A DNA stretch of 64,000 bases, taken from assembly GCA_947085095.1 (NCBI GenBank), contig CAMTVD010000006.1:20911-84910 (forward strand). The letters are read 5' to 3'. Under the pieces are notes generated by a model, which saw nothing but the letters and a program-made list of their open reading frames with translations, searched no databases and was not told the origin of the DNA. The position numbers and the translations under genes are program-made. This document shows positions 26,033 through 34,583 of this stretch, piece by piece. The first letter of the stretch is position 1, and every line of letters starts with the position of its first letter. The stretch is from an uncultured Thermus sp. Its GTDB lineage: Bacteria > Deinococcota > Deinococci > Deinococcales > Thermaceae.

Positions 26033-26400
26033 ACCACCTCCACCAGGATCTTGACGGGCCCGTCCTCCTCCTGGGCCTCTACCTCTACCAGTTTTCCTTC
26101 AGGAACCCCCTCCTTGAGGAGGGCCAGGAGGTCCTTGAGGTTCACCCCCTGGCGGCCCAGGGTGAGCTTGGCCTCCTCGGGGAGGAAGGACTCCACCAGG
26201 GGGGCCAGGGCCAGGGGGAGGTTGACGTGAATCTTCACGGGCCGCCCCTTCTCCTCCGCTTCCACCCGCACCTTGAGGAGCCGGGCCGGGGGCCTGGGCT
26301 CGGGCCTCGTCCCCTCCAAGGCCGCAAGCAGGTCCATGGCCTCCTCTACCCCGATGCTTCCCGCCTGCAACATCTCCAGCACGCGCTTTTTCTCTTCCAT
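26029..26400 (-). CDS. SHOCT-like / LiaX-YvlB N-terminal motif protein (hypothetical)
   Basis: N-terminus KKRVLEMLQAGSIGVEEAMDLLAALEG. 123 aa. Confidence 0.6.
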   Translation of the reverse strand: MEEKKRVLEMLQAGSIGVEEAMDLLAALEGTRPEPRPPARLLKVRVEAEEKGRPVKIHVNLPLALAPLVESFLPEEAKLTLGRQGVNLKDLLALLKEGVPEGKLVEVEAQEEDGPVKILVEVV

Positions 26401-26402
26401 GT

Positions 26403-27068
26403 CTAGGCCTCCACTTCCAGGTTGCTGGCGAAAGCCCTCACCCTAAGAACCGCCCGCCCTTCCCCAAGCCGGTACCCACCCGGCACCCGGGCCAAGGCCC
26501 CTCCCACCTTCACCGAAGAAAGCCTTTCCCCCACCTCCAGAAGGAGGTCCGAAGGGGGGAGGAAGCTGAGCTCGGCGTTGCTGGCCTTGAGGTCCAGGCG
26601 GTGAGTCCCCTCCCGGAGGAGGAGGGTGGCCTCCAGGTTTCCCGCCACCAACCCCAGGTCCAGCCCCAGGATCCCCTCCCCTTCCAGGTTGCACCCATGG
26701 GCTTGCCCCAAGAGGGCCACCCGGGAGAGCTCCAGGTTGCTCCCCTTGGCCTCGAGGCGGACCAGGCTCCCCTCAGGCACCCAAAGCCTACCCTTCTCCC
26801 CTACGCCTAGGCGGAAAAGGTGGCCCTCCCCTTCCTTCCGGAACTCCCCACCTTCCGCCTCGGGGAGGGTGAGCCCCCTTTTCCCCATCACCTCCACGTC
26901 CGCCCCGCCCGCCACCAGGCGAACCCCGGGGCCCTGGGGCCAGGCCTCCCCCCTCACCGAGCCCTCCTCCACCTCCCGGTCCTCCAGGGCCGCAAGGAGC
27001 TCCAGGGCCTCCTCGGGGCTCAGAACCCCTTCCCTGACCATCTCCAGGATGCGCCTCTTATCCTCCAT
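26403..27068 (-). CDS. LiaX/YvlB-like protein: SHOCT-like N-terminus plus beta-rich DUF4097-like repeats
   Basis: N-terminus KRRILEMVREGVLSPEEALELLAALED, followed by repetitive G/L/E-rich beta-strand-like segments (..LEAKGSNLELS.., ..LDLKASNAELS.., ..VRAFASNLEVEA). Confidence 0.6.
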   Translation of the reverse strand: MEDKRRILEMVREGVLSPEEALELLAALEDREVEEGSVRGEAWPQGPGVRLVAGGADVEVMGKRGLTLPEAEGGEFRKEGEGHLFRLGVGEKGRLWVPEGSLVRLEAKGSNLELSRVALLGQAHGCNLEGEGILGLDLGLVAGNLEATLLLREGTHRLDLKASNAELSFLPPSDLLLEVGERLSSVKVGGALARVPGGYRLGEGRAVLRVRAFASNLEVEA

Positions 27069-27255
27069 GAACCGCCTCCTTCCCCCTCCAGGCCTCCTCC
27101 GGGGCCAGCCAGGCGGAAAGCCTCAGCAAAAGCCGGGCGAACCCCCTGCGCCACCCCCGCCTCAGGGGCCTCAAGCGCCTTTCCCGTTCCGCCTCCTCTA
27201 GGAGAGCCTTCTGGTGGAGCCTTACCGCTTGCCAATTCTCCCAAGAACCCAGCAT
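27058..27255 (-). CDS. Small Arg-rich helical protein (hypothetical), first gene of the operon
   Basis: The ATG at 27255 is preceded by a strong SD AAGGAGGTGA (8-nt spacing) and a promoter. It overlaps the next gene by 11 nt. I do not recognise a family. Confidence 0.5.
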   Translation of the reverse strand: MLGSWENWQAVRLHQKALLEEAERERRLRPLRRGWRRGFARLLLRLSAWLAPEEAWRGKEAVHGG

Positions 27256-27276
27256 CCCCCTCACCTCCTTGAGGAG

Positions 27277-27306
27277 ATTGTAATACTGAGGTTACTATTC
27301 TGTCAA
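27277..27306 (-). promoter_or_regulatory. Sigma-A type promoter: -35 TTGACA, 18-nt spacer, -10 TACAAT
   Basis: The minus strand reads TTGACAgaatagtaacctcagtatTACAATctcctcAAGGAGGTGAgggggATG. It sits in the only AT-rich stretch of this neighbourhood. Confidence 0.55.
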
Positions 27307-27321
27307 GCCCTACTTACACTT

Positions 27322-28074
27322 TTAGAAGATGAGCCTCGAGGGGTGCCGGGAACCCAGGAAGGGAGCCCCCAGGAAGGCGAAAAGGAGCAGGGCGTAGGCG
27401 AGAAGGAGAAGCCCCGCCCGGGGAAGCCCCCTTAGCCTCTCCTCCAAGAGGAAGTGGAGGGTCAAAAGAAACCAGCCCAGGAAGGCGGAAAGCTCCTTGG
27501 GGTCTAAGGTCAAGGGGCTTCCGAAGTAGCCCCAGGCCCAGGCCATCCCGCTCCCCAGGCCCAGGGTGGCCGCCAGATACCCCACCCTTAGGTACCCCCG
27601 CTCCAGGCGCCTGAGGCTCCAGAGGGGGGCGTTTTGCAGGGCCTTCTCGGGGGCACGGCGCAGGCGCAGGTCCTGTAGAGCACCCATCACCCCCGCCCCT
27701 ACTCCCACCGCCAGGGCCAGGTAGGCCACCAGGAAAGCCCCCCCGTGGAGGAGGCTGAGGGAAAGGGGATGCGCCCCCCCGGGATGGGACAGGGCCTTGA
27801 GGGCGAAAAAACCTAAAAGGAGGGCTAAAAGGAGGAGGTAGCGCCGCAAGGGAGCAAGCCAGGGCCTTTGCAGAAGGCTTTCCCCTCTAAGGGCGAGAAA
27901 CCCGCCCAAGAGGAGGGCGGGCTGGGCCGGGCCAGAAAAAAGCCCCTTAACCAGGGCATCCGCCAGGGCCGCCCCCAGGTAGAGAAGGGCCCCGGGATAA
28001 AGGGCCCGGGGCCAGAAGAGGCCCAGGGCCAAGCCCACCACGCCCCCCAGCGCCAGAAGGTCAGCGAGGTTCAT
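27322..28074 (-). CDS. CcsA/HemX-like cytochrome c assembly family membrane protein
   Basis: Polytopic membrane protein directly downstream of hemA, with an ATGA overlap. This matches the hemA-hemX arrangement of Firmicutes. Confidence 0.6.
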   Translation of the reverse strand: MNLADLLALGGVVGLALGLFWPRALYPGALLYLGAALADALVKGLFSGPAQPALLLGGFLALRGESLLQRPWLAPLRRYLLLLALLLGFFALKALSHPGGAHPLSLSLLHGGAFLVAYLALAVGVGAGVMGALQDLRLRRAPEKALQNAPLWSLRRLERGYLRVGYLAATLGLGSGMAWAWGYFGSPLTLDPKELSAFLGWFLLTLHFLLEERLRGLPRAGLLLLAYALLLFAFLGAPFLGSRHPSRLIF

Positions 28075-29249
28075 AACCGGGGAGGCCGGAAGGCCAGGAG
28101 GGGGCACTCCCTAGGGCACGGGGACCCCTGCAGGAGCTTCCTGGAGCCCAGCTTCACGGCGAGGATCCAGGGATGGGCCCGGCGGCCCGCCTCCTTGTGC
28201 CAGAGAAGCGGGTCCGCCTGGGGAAACTCCTGGGCCACCTCCCGGAAGATGCGCTCCTCCAGGGTCTTGATGGCCTCCCGCACCCGGTGGCCCGCGTACC
28301 ACTCCAGGTAGTCGGCCAAAGCCTTCTCCACCAGGGCCTCCACCTTGGGCACCTCCCCCTTTCTGGCCGCCATGTTCTTCTCCACCACCCGCTCCAGGTC
28401 GTCCAGGTTGTAAAGGTAGGCGTGGGGCAGGCGGCCCACCCTTGGGTCAATGTTCCGGGGCAGGGCGATATCTATGAGAAAGAGGGGCTTGGCCCTCTTG
28501 GGCAGGTCCTCCGGCCCCACCAGGTAATGGGGGGCGGCGGCCGAGGCCACCACCAGGTCCGCCTGCTTCAGGACCTGGGGCAGGGCAGAGAGGGCGTAGG
28601 CCTCCCCATGGAAACGCTCCACCAGGGCCCTGGCCCTTTCCTCCGTGCGGTTCACCACCAAGACCCGGCCCACCCCCTGGGCCTTCAGGTGGGTGAGGAA
28701 GAGTTCCGCCATCTCCCCCGCCCCAAGGACGGCCACCACCAGGCCGCTTAGGTCCCCATAGACCGCCAGGGCCAGGTCCAAGGCGGCGTAGGCCACGCTC
28801 ACCGCCCCGGCCCCGATTCCCGTCTCGCTCCTCGCCCGCTTGCCCAGGGCGATGGCCGACTGGAAGGCCTTTTCCAAAAGGCTCTCCGTGGCCCCGTGCT
28901 TCCTTGCCAGGAAGAGGGCCTCCCGCACCTGGCCCAGGATCTGGGCCTCCCCCACCACCAGGGAGTCCAGGCCCGCGGCCACCCGGAAGAGGTGGCGGAG
29001 GGCCTCCACTCCCTCCTTCAGGTAGAGGTGGCGGGGCTCCACACCCCTGTCCAACAGAAGAGCCCGGGCTTTCCCCGGGTCCCCTACCCCATAAAGCTCC
29101 GTGCGGTTGCAGGTGGAGAGGACCACCCCCTTACCCAGGCGGGCCAGGGCCGCGGGCAGGGCCACCGCCGGGTCCAAGGCCACCCTTTCCCGCACCTCCA
29201 CCGGGGCGGTCTTGTGGGAGAGGCCCACCAGGTAAAAGGGCAGGGCCAT
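28071..29249 (-). CDS. hemA: Glutamyl-tRNA reductase
   Basis: Motifs GLSHKTAPVEVRE, STCNRTELY and VLGAGEMAEL (NADPH site). A possible -10 TATACT is at 29263-29268 (minus strand). Confidence 0.9.
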   Translation of the reverse strand: MALPFYLVGLSHKTAPVEVRERVALDPAVALPAALARLGKGVVLSTCNRTELYGVGDPGKARALLLDRGVEPRHLYLKEGVEALRHLFRVAAGLDSLVVGEAQILGQVREALFLARKHGATESLLEKAFQSAIALGKRARSETGIGAGAVSVAYAALDLALAVYGDLSGLVVAVLGAGEMAELFLTHLKAQGVGRVLVVNRTEERARALVERFHGEAYALSALPQVLKQADLVVASAAAPHYLVGPEDLPKRAKPLFLIDIALPRNIDPRVGRLPHAYLYNLDDLERVVEKNMAARKGEVPKVEALVEKALADYLEWYAGHRVREAIKTLEERIFREVAQEFPQADPLLWHKEAGRRAHPWILAVKLGSRKLLQGSPCPRECPLLAFRPPRL

Positions 29250-29292
29250 AGTCTTCTGGCAGTATACGGCAGAAGCACAGGGACATAAGCCC

Positions 29293-29970
29293 CTAGGCGG
29301 TCAAGGCCTTTAGGATGGCTTGGATAAGGCCCTGAAGCCCGGGCTCCTCCGCCTCCCAGACGGGAAAGCCGAGCCTTAGGGCCTCCTTAGCGGTGCTGGG
29401 ACCAATGCAGGCAGCCTTAGGGCGCCTAGGGGTCCAGCGGGCGAAGGCTCTCGCCCCCGAGGGGCTGAAGAGAGCCACCACCTCCGCCCTCTGCAAAAGG
29501 GCCACCTCCTCCGGGGAAAGCGCCCTCTCCCGGGTGGCGTAGACGGGTAGGCGCTCCACGGGAATCCCCCGCGCCAGGAGGCCCCGCTCCAGGTCCTCCC
29601 CCGCCAGGTCCCCGGCCACGAAGAGGACTTGCCTGGCCTCTGGGAACCCCTCCGCCAGGTCCTTGGCCGTGGCCCTTTGGGGAAGGAAGGCCGGGGGGAG
29701 CCCGCCCCTCCTCAGGACCTCCCCCGTCCCCTCCCCCACGGCCGCCACCCTGAGGGGGGGCCTCCCCGCCCGCTCCCAGGCCAGGAGGAGGCGCCCCGCC
29801 CCCTCCTTGGAGGTCACCGCCACCCAGTCCGCCTCCCCCAGCTTTTCGGGCAGAAGGGCCAGGGCGGGAAGGTCCACCTGCTCCAAAAGGGCCACCTCCG
29901 CCGCCTCAATCCCCAGGGCGGAAAGCCGCTCCAAAAGCGCCCTATCCTTCCCCCTCGTGAGGAGAACCAC
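29293..29970 (-). CDS. hemD: Uroporphyrinogen-III synthase
   Basis: HemD-like two-domain pattern (VAVTSKEGA..., IGPSTA...) and genomic context with hemA. 225 aa. Confidence 0.7.
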   Translation of the reverse strand: MVLLTRGKDRALLERLSALGIEAAEVALLEQVDLPALALLPEKLGEADWVAVTSKEGAGRLLLAWERAGRPPLRVAAVGEGTGEVLRRGGLPPAFLPQRATAKDLAEGFPEARQVLFVAGDLAGEDLERGLLARGIPVERLPVYATRERALSPEEVALLQRAEVVALFSPSGARAFARWTPRRPKAACIGPSTAKEALRLGFPVWEAEEPGLQGLIQAILKALTA

Positions 29971-30307
29971 GGCCCTTGAGCACCTTGTGGAAAAGCTTCA
30001 TGGCGGCCAGGGCCCGGGGAAAGCCCAGGAAGAGGGCGGACTGGAGGATGGTCTCCCGCACCTCCTCCTCCCTGGCCCCCACCCTGAGGGCCCCCTCGAG
30101 GTGGGTGGCGAGCTCCTTGGGGCTCCCCAGGGCGATGAGGGCGGTGATGGCGAGAAGCTCCCGGGTCTTCAGGTCCAGCCCCGGCCGCGCCAGGACCTCC
30201 TCGTAGGCGAAGTCCCGGATGTAGCGGAAGAGGTCAGGGTCCGCCTCCTGGAGGCTTTTCTCAATGGCCTCCCGCTTCTCTCCCCAGATGGCCTCCCGCA
30301 CGCTCAT
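29942..30307 (-). CDS. Carboxymuconolactone decarboxylase family protein
   Basis: Motifs LDLKTRELLAITALIALG, HL..AL..G and E.ILQSALFLGFPRA. Confidence 0.8.
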   Translation of the reverse strand: MSVREAIWGEKREAIEKSLQEADPDLFRYIRDFAYEEVLARPGLDLKTRELLAITALIALGSPKELATHLEGALRVGAREEEVRETILQSALFLGFPRALAAMKLFHKVLKGRGSPHEGEG

Positions 30308-30963
30308 GCCAGGTAGTCTAGCACCGCAGAAAGGTGGTGGAGGGCCTCGGGGTTCTCCCCCGTGGGGTCAAAGAGGAGGGGGCGCATCCCCGCCCCTTTA
30401 GCCCCCAGGAGGTCGGCCTCGGCGTCTCCCACGTGCACCGCCTCCCCGCCGTCCACCCCCAGGGCGGCCAAGGCCTCCTGGAAGAGCCTGGGGTCGGGCT
30501 TGGCCACCCCGGAGAGGGCGCTCACCGCCAGGTGGTCAAAGTAACGCCTCAGGCCCACGGCCTCGAGGATCTCCGGCAAGGTGGCGTCCCAGTTGGAGAC
30601 CACCGCCAGGGGGTAGCCCCGCTCCTTGAGGGCTCTAAGGGTCTCCTCCGCCCCCGGGGCCAGGGGCCAGAAGCGGGGATTGAGCCAGTTTTTCACCAGC
30701 TCTCGGGAGAGCCTCTCCGCCTCCGCCTCGAGGCCCATCCCGGAGAAAAGCCTAAAGTGGAACTCCCGCCAAAGGCCCAGGGCGGTCTCCAGGTCCCGGG
30801 CCAGGAGGTGGTTTTCCTCGTAAAAGCGGAAGGCCCGAAGGACCGCTTCCCGCACATCCCCTTTGGGCCTCAGGCCCTTTTCCTCCAGAAAGGGCTGGAG
30901 CCAGAAGCGGGGGCTCGTCAGGATCAGGGTGTTTCCCACGTCAAAGGTGATGGCCCGGGTCAT
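30304..30963 (-). CDS. HAD superfamily hydrolase
   Basis: Motifs ITFDVGNTL, VVSNWD, GVAKPD and HVGDAEADLLGAKGAGM. Confidence 0.8.
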   Translation of the reverse strand: MTRAITFDVGNTLILTSPRFWLQPFLEEKGLRPKGDVREAVLRAFRFYEENHLLARDLETALGLWREFHFRLFSGMGLEAEAERLSRELVKNWLNPRFWPLAPGAEETLRALKERGYPLAVVSNWDATLPEILEAVGLRRYFDHLAVSALSGVAKPDPRLFQEALAALGVDGGEAVHVGDAEADLLGAKGAGMRPLLFDPTGENPEALHHLSAVLDYLA

Positions 30964-30988
30964 GGTCTAAGTTTATACCCCCTTCTAA

Positions 30989-31006
30989 CCCAAGGTTAAC
31001 CTTGGG
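30989..31006. promoter_or_regulatory. Perfect 18-bp palindrome CCCAAGGTTAACCTTGGG in a divergent promoter region
   Basis: Read directly from the sequence. It lies between the HAD gene (minus, start 30963) and the YceI gene (plus, start 31044). Confidence 0.35.
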
Positions 31007-31043
31007 CTGCTATGCTTTTCGTAGCCCAAAGGAGGTGGTCCCC

Positions 31044-31604
31044 GTGCGCTGGTTGGTATGGAGCTTGGCCCTTTTTCTTCCCGCCTTGGCCCAGACCTTT
31101 GAGGTGGCCTCCGGGGAGGCCCGGTATAGGGTGCGGGAACAGTTGGTGCAGATCGGCCTCACCGACGCCGTGGGCACCACCAAGGCGGTCAAGGGGGAGG
31201 TGCGCCTCCAGGGCGACCAGGCCACGGGGAGCCTCACCGTGGACCTGAGGGAGCTCAAGAGCGACCAGTCTCGGCGGGACAACTACCTAAGGCAGAACAC
31301 CCTCCTGACCGACCGCTTTCCCACGGCCACCTTCCGTCCCAAACGGGTGGAGGGGCTTCCCAACCCCCTGCCCCAAAACGGCAAGCTCCCGGTGAAGGTG
31401 GTGGGGGACCTCACCCTCCGGGAGGTGACCCAGGAGGTGGCCTGGGAGGGAGAGGCGGAGTTTTCCGGCCAGGAAGTGCGGGTCTCCTTGCGCACCGAGT
31501 TTCCCTTTGAGAAGTTTGGTCTGGCCCAGCCCCGGGTATCCATCGTCCTCAGCGTGGAAAACCGCATCCGGCTGGAGGTGGACCTCCTCCTGAGGCGGAA
31601 GTGA
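31044..31604 (+). CDS. YceI-family periplasmic protein
   Basis: Signal peptide VRWLVWSLALFLPALAQ, then a YceI-like beta-barrel pattern (Y.V......G..AVG.T..V.GE). The GTG at 31044 lies 8 nt after SD GGAGG. Confidence 0.8.
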   Translation: MRWLVWSLALFLPALAQTFEVASGEARYRVREQLVQIGLTDAVGTTKAVKGEVRLQGDQATGSLTVDLRELKSDQSRRDNYLRQNTLLTDRFPTATFRPKRVEGLPNPLPQNGKLPVKVVGDLTLREVTQEVAWEGEAEFSGQEVRVSLRTEFPFEKFGLAQPRVSIVLSVENRIRLEVDLLLRRK

Positions 31605-32176
31605 AAAGGCGCGCCCTCCTCTCCCTCTTCCTCACCCTTCCCCTGGCCCGGGGGCAGGCCTGCGTCCCCACCCCTGGCCTCAGCGAGGGACCCTACTACC
31701 TGCGGCAGGTGCCCGAAAGGAAGGACCTGCGGGAAGGGCTTCCCGGAGTGCCCCTCCGCTTGAGGCTTCGGGTGCAGGACCGGGCCTGCCGCCCCCTGGT
31801 GGGGGCCCGGGTGGACCTCTGGCACACGGACGCCCTGGGCCGCTACTCGGGGATGAACGCCCCCGGGACCTTCTGCCGGGGCTTCGGGCGCACGGACGCC
31901 GAGGGCCTGGTGGAGTTCCTCACCCTCTTCCCCGGCTGGTACCCGAGCCGCACCCCCCACCTCCACCTCCGGGTGGAGGCGAGCCGGGTCTTCGCCACCC
32001 AGCTCTTCTTCCCCGAGGAGGTCCAGCGGCAGGTCTACGCCACCCCCCCCTACCGGGAGCGGGGCCTCCCCCGGGTGGGCAACCGCCAGGACGGCCTCTT
32101 CCGGGCGGATCTCCTCCTCAGCCTCACCCCTGCGGGGGAAGGGTACGCGGCCAGCTTCACCCTGACCCTGCCCTAG
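31601..32176 (+). CDS. Secreted intradiol ring-cleavage dioxygenase-like protein
   Basis: Signal peptide, GPYY, WHTDALGRYSG and TPHLHL motifs. The GTG start makes a GTGA overlap with the YceI gene. Confidence 0.7.
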   Translation: MKRRALLSLFLTLPLARGQACVPTPGLSEGPYYLRQVPERKDLREGLPGVPLRLRLRVQDRACRPLVGARVDLWHTDALGRYSGMNAPGTFCRGFGRTDAEGLVEFLTLFPGWYPSRTPHLHLRVEASRVFATQLFFPEEVQRQVYATPPYRERGLPRVGNRQDGLFRADLLLSLTPAGEGYAASFTLTLP

Positions 32177-33192
32177 CCCGCAAAGAGGAAGCCGCCCAGG
32201 CCTCTCCAGCGCCGGTCCAGCCGCCAGAGGCCCAAGGAGCGGGCCATGCGCCAGGCCGCCTCCACCTCCTCGGGGAAGACCCTGCGGCCGATCTCCCGGT
32301 AACGGGGGTCTTTCTTGGCCTTCCAGGCGGGGTAGTACTGGTCCATGAGGTTCACGTAGGTGTCCCGGGAAAGCTCCGCCAGCCAGCGGAGGATGGCCTC
32401 GGTTTCCTCCAAAAGCCCCGGCATCACCAGGTGGCGCACCAGAACCCCCCGCACCGCCAGGCCGTCCTCGTCCACCTTGAGCTCCCCCACCTGGCGGTGC
32501 ATCTCGGCGATGGCCCGGCGAGCGGCCTCGGGGTAGTCGGGGGCCAGGAGGTACTTGCGGCTTAGCTCCGGGCTCCAGAGCTTGAAGTCCGGCAGGTAAA
32601 CGTCCACCAGGCCCTCCAGCACCCTAAGGGACTCCAGGCTGTCGTAGGCGCTGGTGTTGTAGACCAGGGGCAGCTTAAGGCCCATCCCCACCGCCAAGGG
32701 CAGGGCCTCCACCACCTGGGGCACCACGTGCTCCGGGGTCACCAGGTTGATGTTGTGGCAGCCCATCTCCTGCAGGCGGACCATGAGCCGGGCCAGCTCC
32801 TTGGGGGAAACCTCCTCCCCTTCCCCCCTCTGGCTTATCTCAAAGTTCTGGCAGAAGACGCAGCGGAGGTTGCACCAGGAGAAGAAGATGGTGCCCGAGC
32901 CCCCCCAGCCCCGGAGGACATCCTCCTCGCCGAAGTGGGGGAAGGCGCTGGCCACCCGGGCGTACCGCCCCGTGCGGCAGACCCCGAAGGCGTTCGCCAG
33001 CCGGTCCACCCGGCACCCCCGGGGACAGACCCGGCAGAAGGGGCCCAGGTGGGAGAGGGCCTCCTCCACCTTTTCCTTTAGGCGCCCCTCCTCAAAGGCC
33101 TTCAGGTAGGCGGGGACAAAATCCTTTCGGGGGATGAGGAACCGTCCGTCCCCGTGGACCTCCCGCGGCACCTTCCAGGACCTCGTGCCCAT
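32173..33192 (-). CDS. Radical SAM protein (PflX / pyruvate formate-lyase activase-like)
   Basis: CNLRCVFCQN cluster motif plus an N-terminal extra Cys motif CRVCPRGCRVDR...CR. Confidence 0.8.
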   Translation of the reverse strand: MGTRSWKVPREVHGDGRFLIPRKDFVPAYLKAFEEGRLKEKVEEALSHLGPFCRVCPRGCRVDRLANAFGVCRTGRYARVASAFPHFGEEDVLRGWGGSGTIFFSWCNLRCVFCQNFEISQRGEGEEVSPKELARLMVRLQEMGCHNINLVTPEHVVPQVVEALPLAVGMGLKLPLVYNTSAYDSLESLRVLEGLVDVYLPDFKLWSPELSRKYLLAPDYPEAARRAIAEMHRQVGELKVDEDGLAVRGVLVRHLVMPGLLEETEAILRWLAELSRDTYVNLMDQYYPAWKAKKDPRYREIGRRVFPEEVEAAWRMARSLGLWRLDRRWRGLGGFLFAG

Positions 33193-33272
33193 ACTTCCCT
33201 AGGCATCCTTTAGCCTACTCCACAAAGGGGCTCGAGGCCCGGGGGCAAGGGGTGCTCTGGTACCCTAAGGCC

Positions 33273-34583
33273 ATGATCGCCCGCTACCAGACGCCGGAGA
33301 TGGCCGCTCTCTGGTCCGAGGAGAACCGGTACCGCATGTGGGCCCTGGTGGAGGCCTACGCCCTCGAGGCCTGGGAGGGTTTGGGCCAGGTGCCCAAGGG
33401 CCTTTCCGAGAGGCTACTCAAGAGGCTTGGGGAAAAGCCCCTCACCGAGGCCTTCGCCCAGAGGGTGGCCGAGATCGAGGCGTCCACCCGCCACGACCTC
33501 GTGGCCTTCACCCGGGCCCTCACCGAGTGGACGGAGGACGAGGAGGTGGGCCGCTACCTCCACCTGGGCCTCACCAGCTCCGACGTGGTGGACACGGCGC
33601 AAAACGCCCTTCTGGTAAAGGCCCTGGACCTCATCCTGGAGGAGCTAAAGGGAGTGGAGGAGGCCCTTAAAGGGCTCGCCCTCCGCTACCGGCGCACCCC
33701 CGCCATCGCCCGCACCCACGGGGTCCACGCCGAGCCCACGAGCTTCGGCCTCCGCTTCCTGAGCTTCTACGCCGCCTTCCAGAGGGACTGGGAGCGGCTT
33801 CGGCGGGCCCAGGAGACCATGGGGGTGGCCATGCTCTCGGGCTCCGTGGGCAACTACGCCCACCTGCCCCCGGAGGTGGAGGCCCACGTGGCCTCGAGGC
33901 TCGGCCTCCGCCCCGAGCCCGTCTCCACCCAGGTGGTGCCCCGGGACCGGCACGCCGAGGTCCTGGCGGCTTTGGCCATCCTGGGGGGGAACCTGGAGCG
34001 GGTGGCGGTGGAGCTCAGGCACCTGCAACGCACGGAGGTCCTCGAGGCGGAGGAACCCTTCCGGGAGGGGCAGACCGGGAGCTCCTCCATGCCCCACAAG
34101 AAAAACCCCGTGGGCCTGGAGAACCTCACCGGGGTGGCGAGGCTCTTAAGGGGCTACCTGCCGCCCGCCCTGGAGGACATCGCCCTCTGGCACGAGCGGG
34201 ACATCTCCCACTCCTCGGTGGAGCGGGTCATCCTCCCCGACGCCACCACCCTGGCCCACTACGCCCTGAGGCGGCTCAAGGGGATCCTGGAGGGCCTGGT
34301 GGTCCACGAGGAAAACCTGAGGCGGAACCTGGACCTCACCCGGGGCCTGGTCTACTCCCAGCAGGTCCTAAACGCCCTCATCCAGAGGGGCCTTCCCCGG
34401 GACCAGGCCTACGCCCTCGTCCAGCGGAACGCCCTAAGGAGCTGGGAGGAAAAGAGGTCCTTCGCCGAGCTTTTGGAGGAGGACCCGGAAAACCCCCTCA
34501 AGGGCGAGGCCCTAAGGGCCCTCTTTGACCCCGCGCCCTTCCTGAGGCACGTGGACGCCATCTACGCCCGATTTGGCCTCTAG
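33273..34583 (+). CDS. purB: Adenylosuccinate lyase
   Basis: N-terminus MIARYQTPEM and the signature GSSSMPHKKNP. Confidence 0.95.
   Translation: MIARYQTPEMAALWSEENRYRMWALVEAYALEAWEGLGQVPKGLSERLLKRLGEKPLTEAFAQRVAEIEASTRHDLVAFTRALTEWTEDEEVGRYLHLGLTSSDVVDTAQNALLVKALDLILEELKGVEEALKGLALRYRRTPAIARTHGVHAEPTSFGLRFLSFYAAFQRDWERLRRAQETMGVAMLSGSVGNYAHLPPEVEAHVASRLGLRPEPVSTQVVPRDRHAEVLAALAILGGNLERVAVELRHLQRTEVLEAEEPFREGQTGSSSMPHKKNPVGLENLTGVARLLRGYLPPALEDIALWHERDISHSSVERVILPDATTLAHYALRRLKGILEGLVVHEENLRRNLDLTRGLVYSQQVLNALIQRGLPRDQAYALVQRNALRSWEEKRSFAELLEEDPENPLKGEALRALFDPAPFLRHVDAIYARFGL

Noticed and set aside
27868-28311. 147-aa plus-strand ORF spanning the hemA / hemX-like junction
   Set aside because: It is antisense to both genes and crosses their ATGA junction. 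The composition is Lys/Gly/Arg/Pro-rich and no motif is present.
29250-29292. Imperfect inverted repeat CTTCTG-N11-CAGAAG upstream of hemA, as a possible operator
   Set aside because: It has only 6-bp arms. The more economical reading is that the embedded TATACT (minus strand, 29268-29263) is simply a -10 box for hemA.
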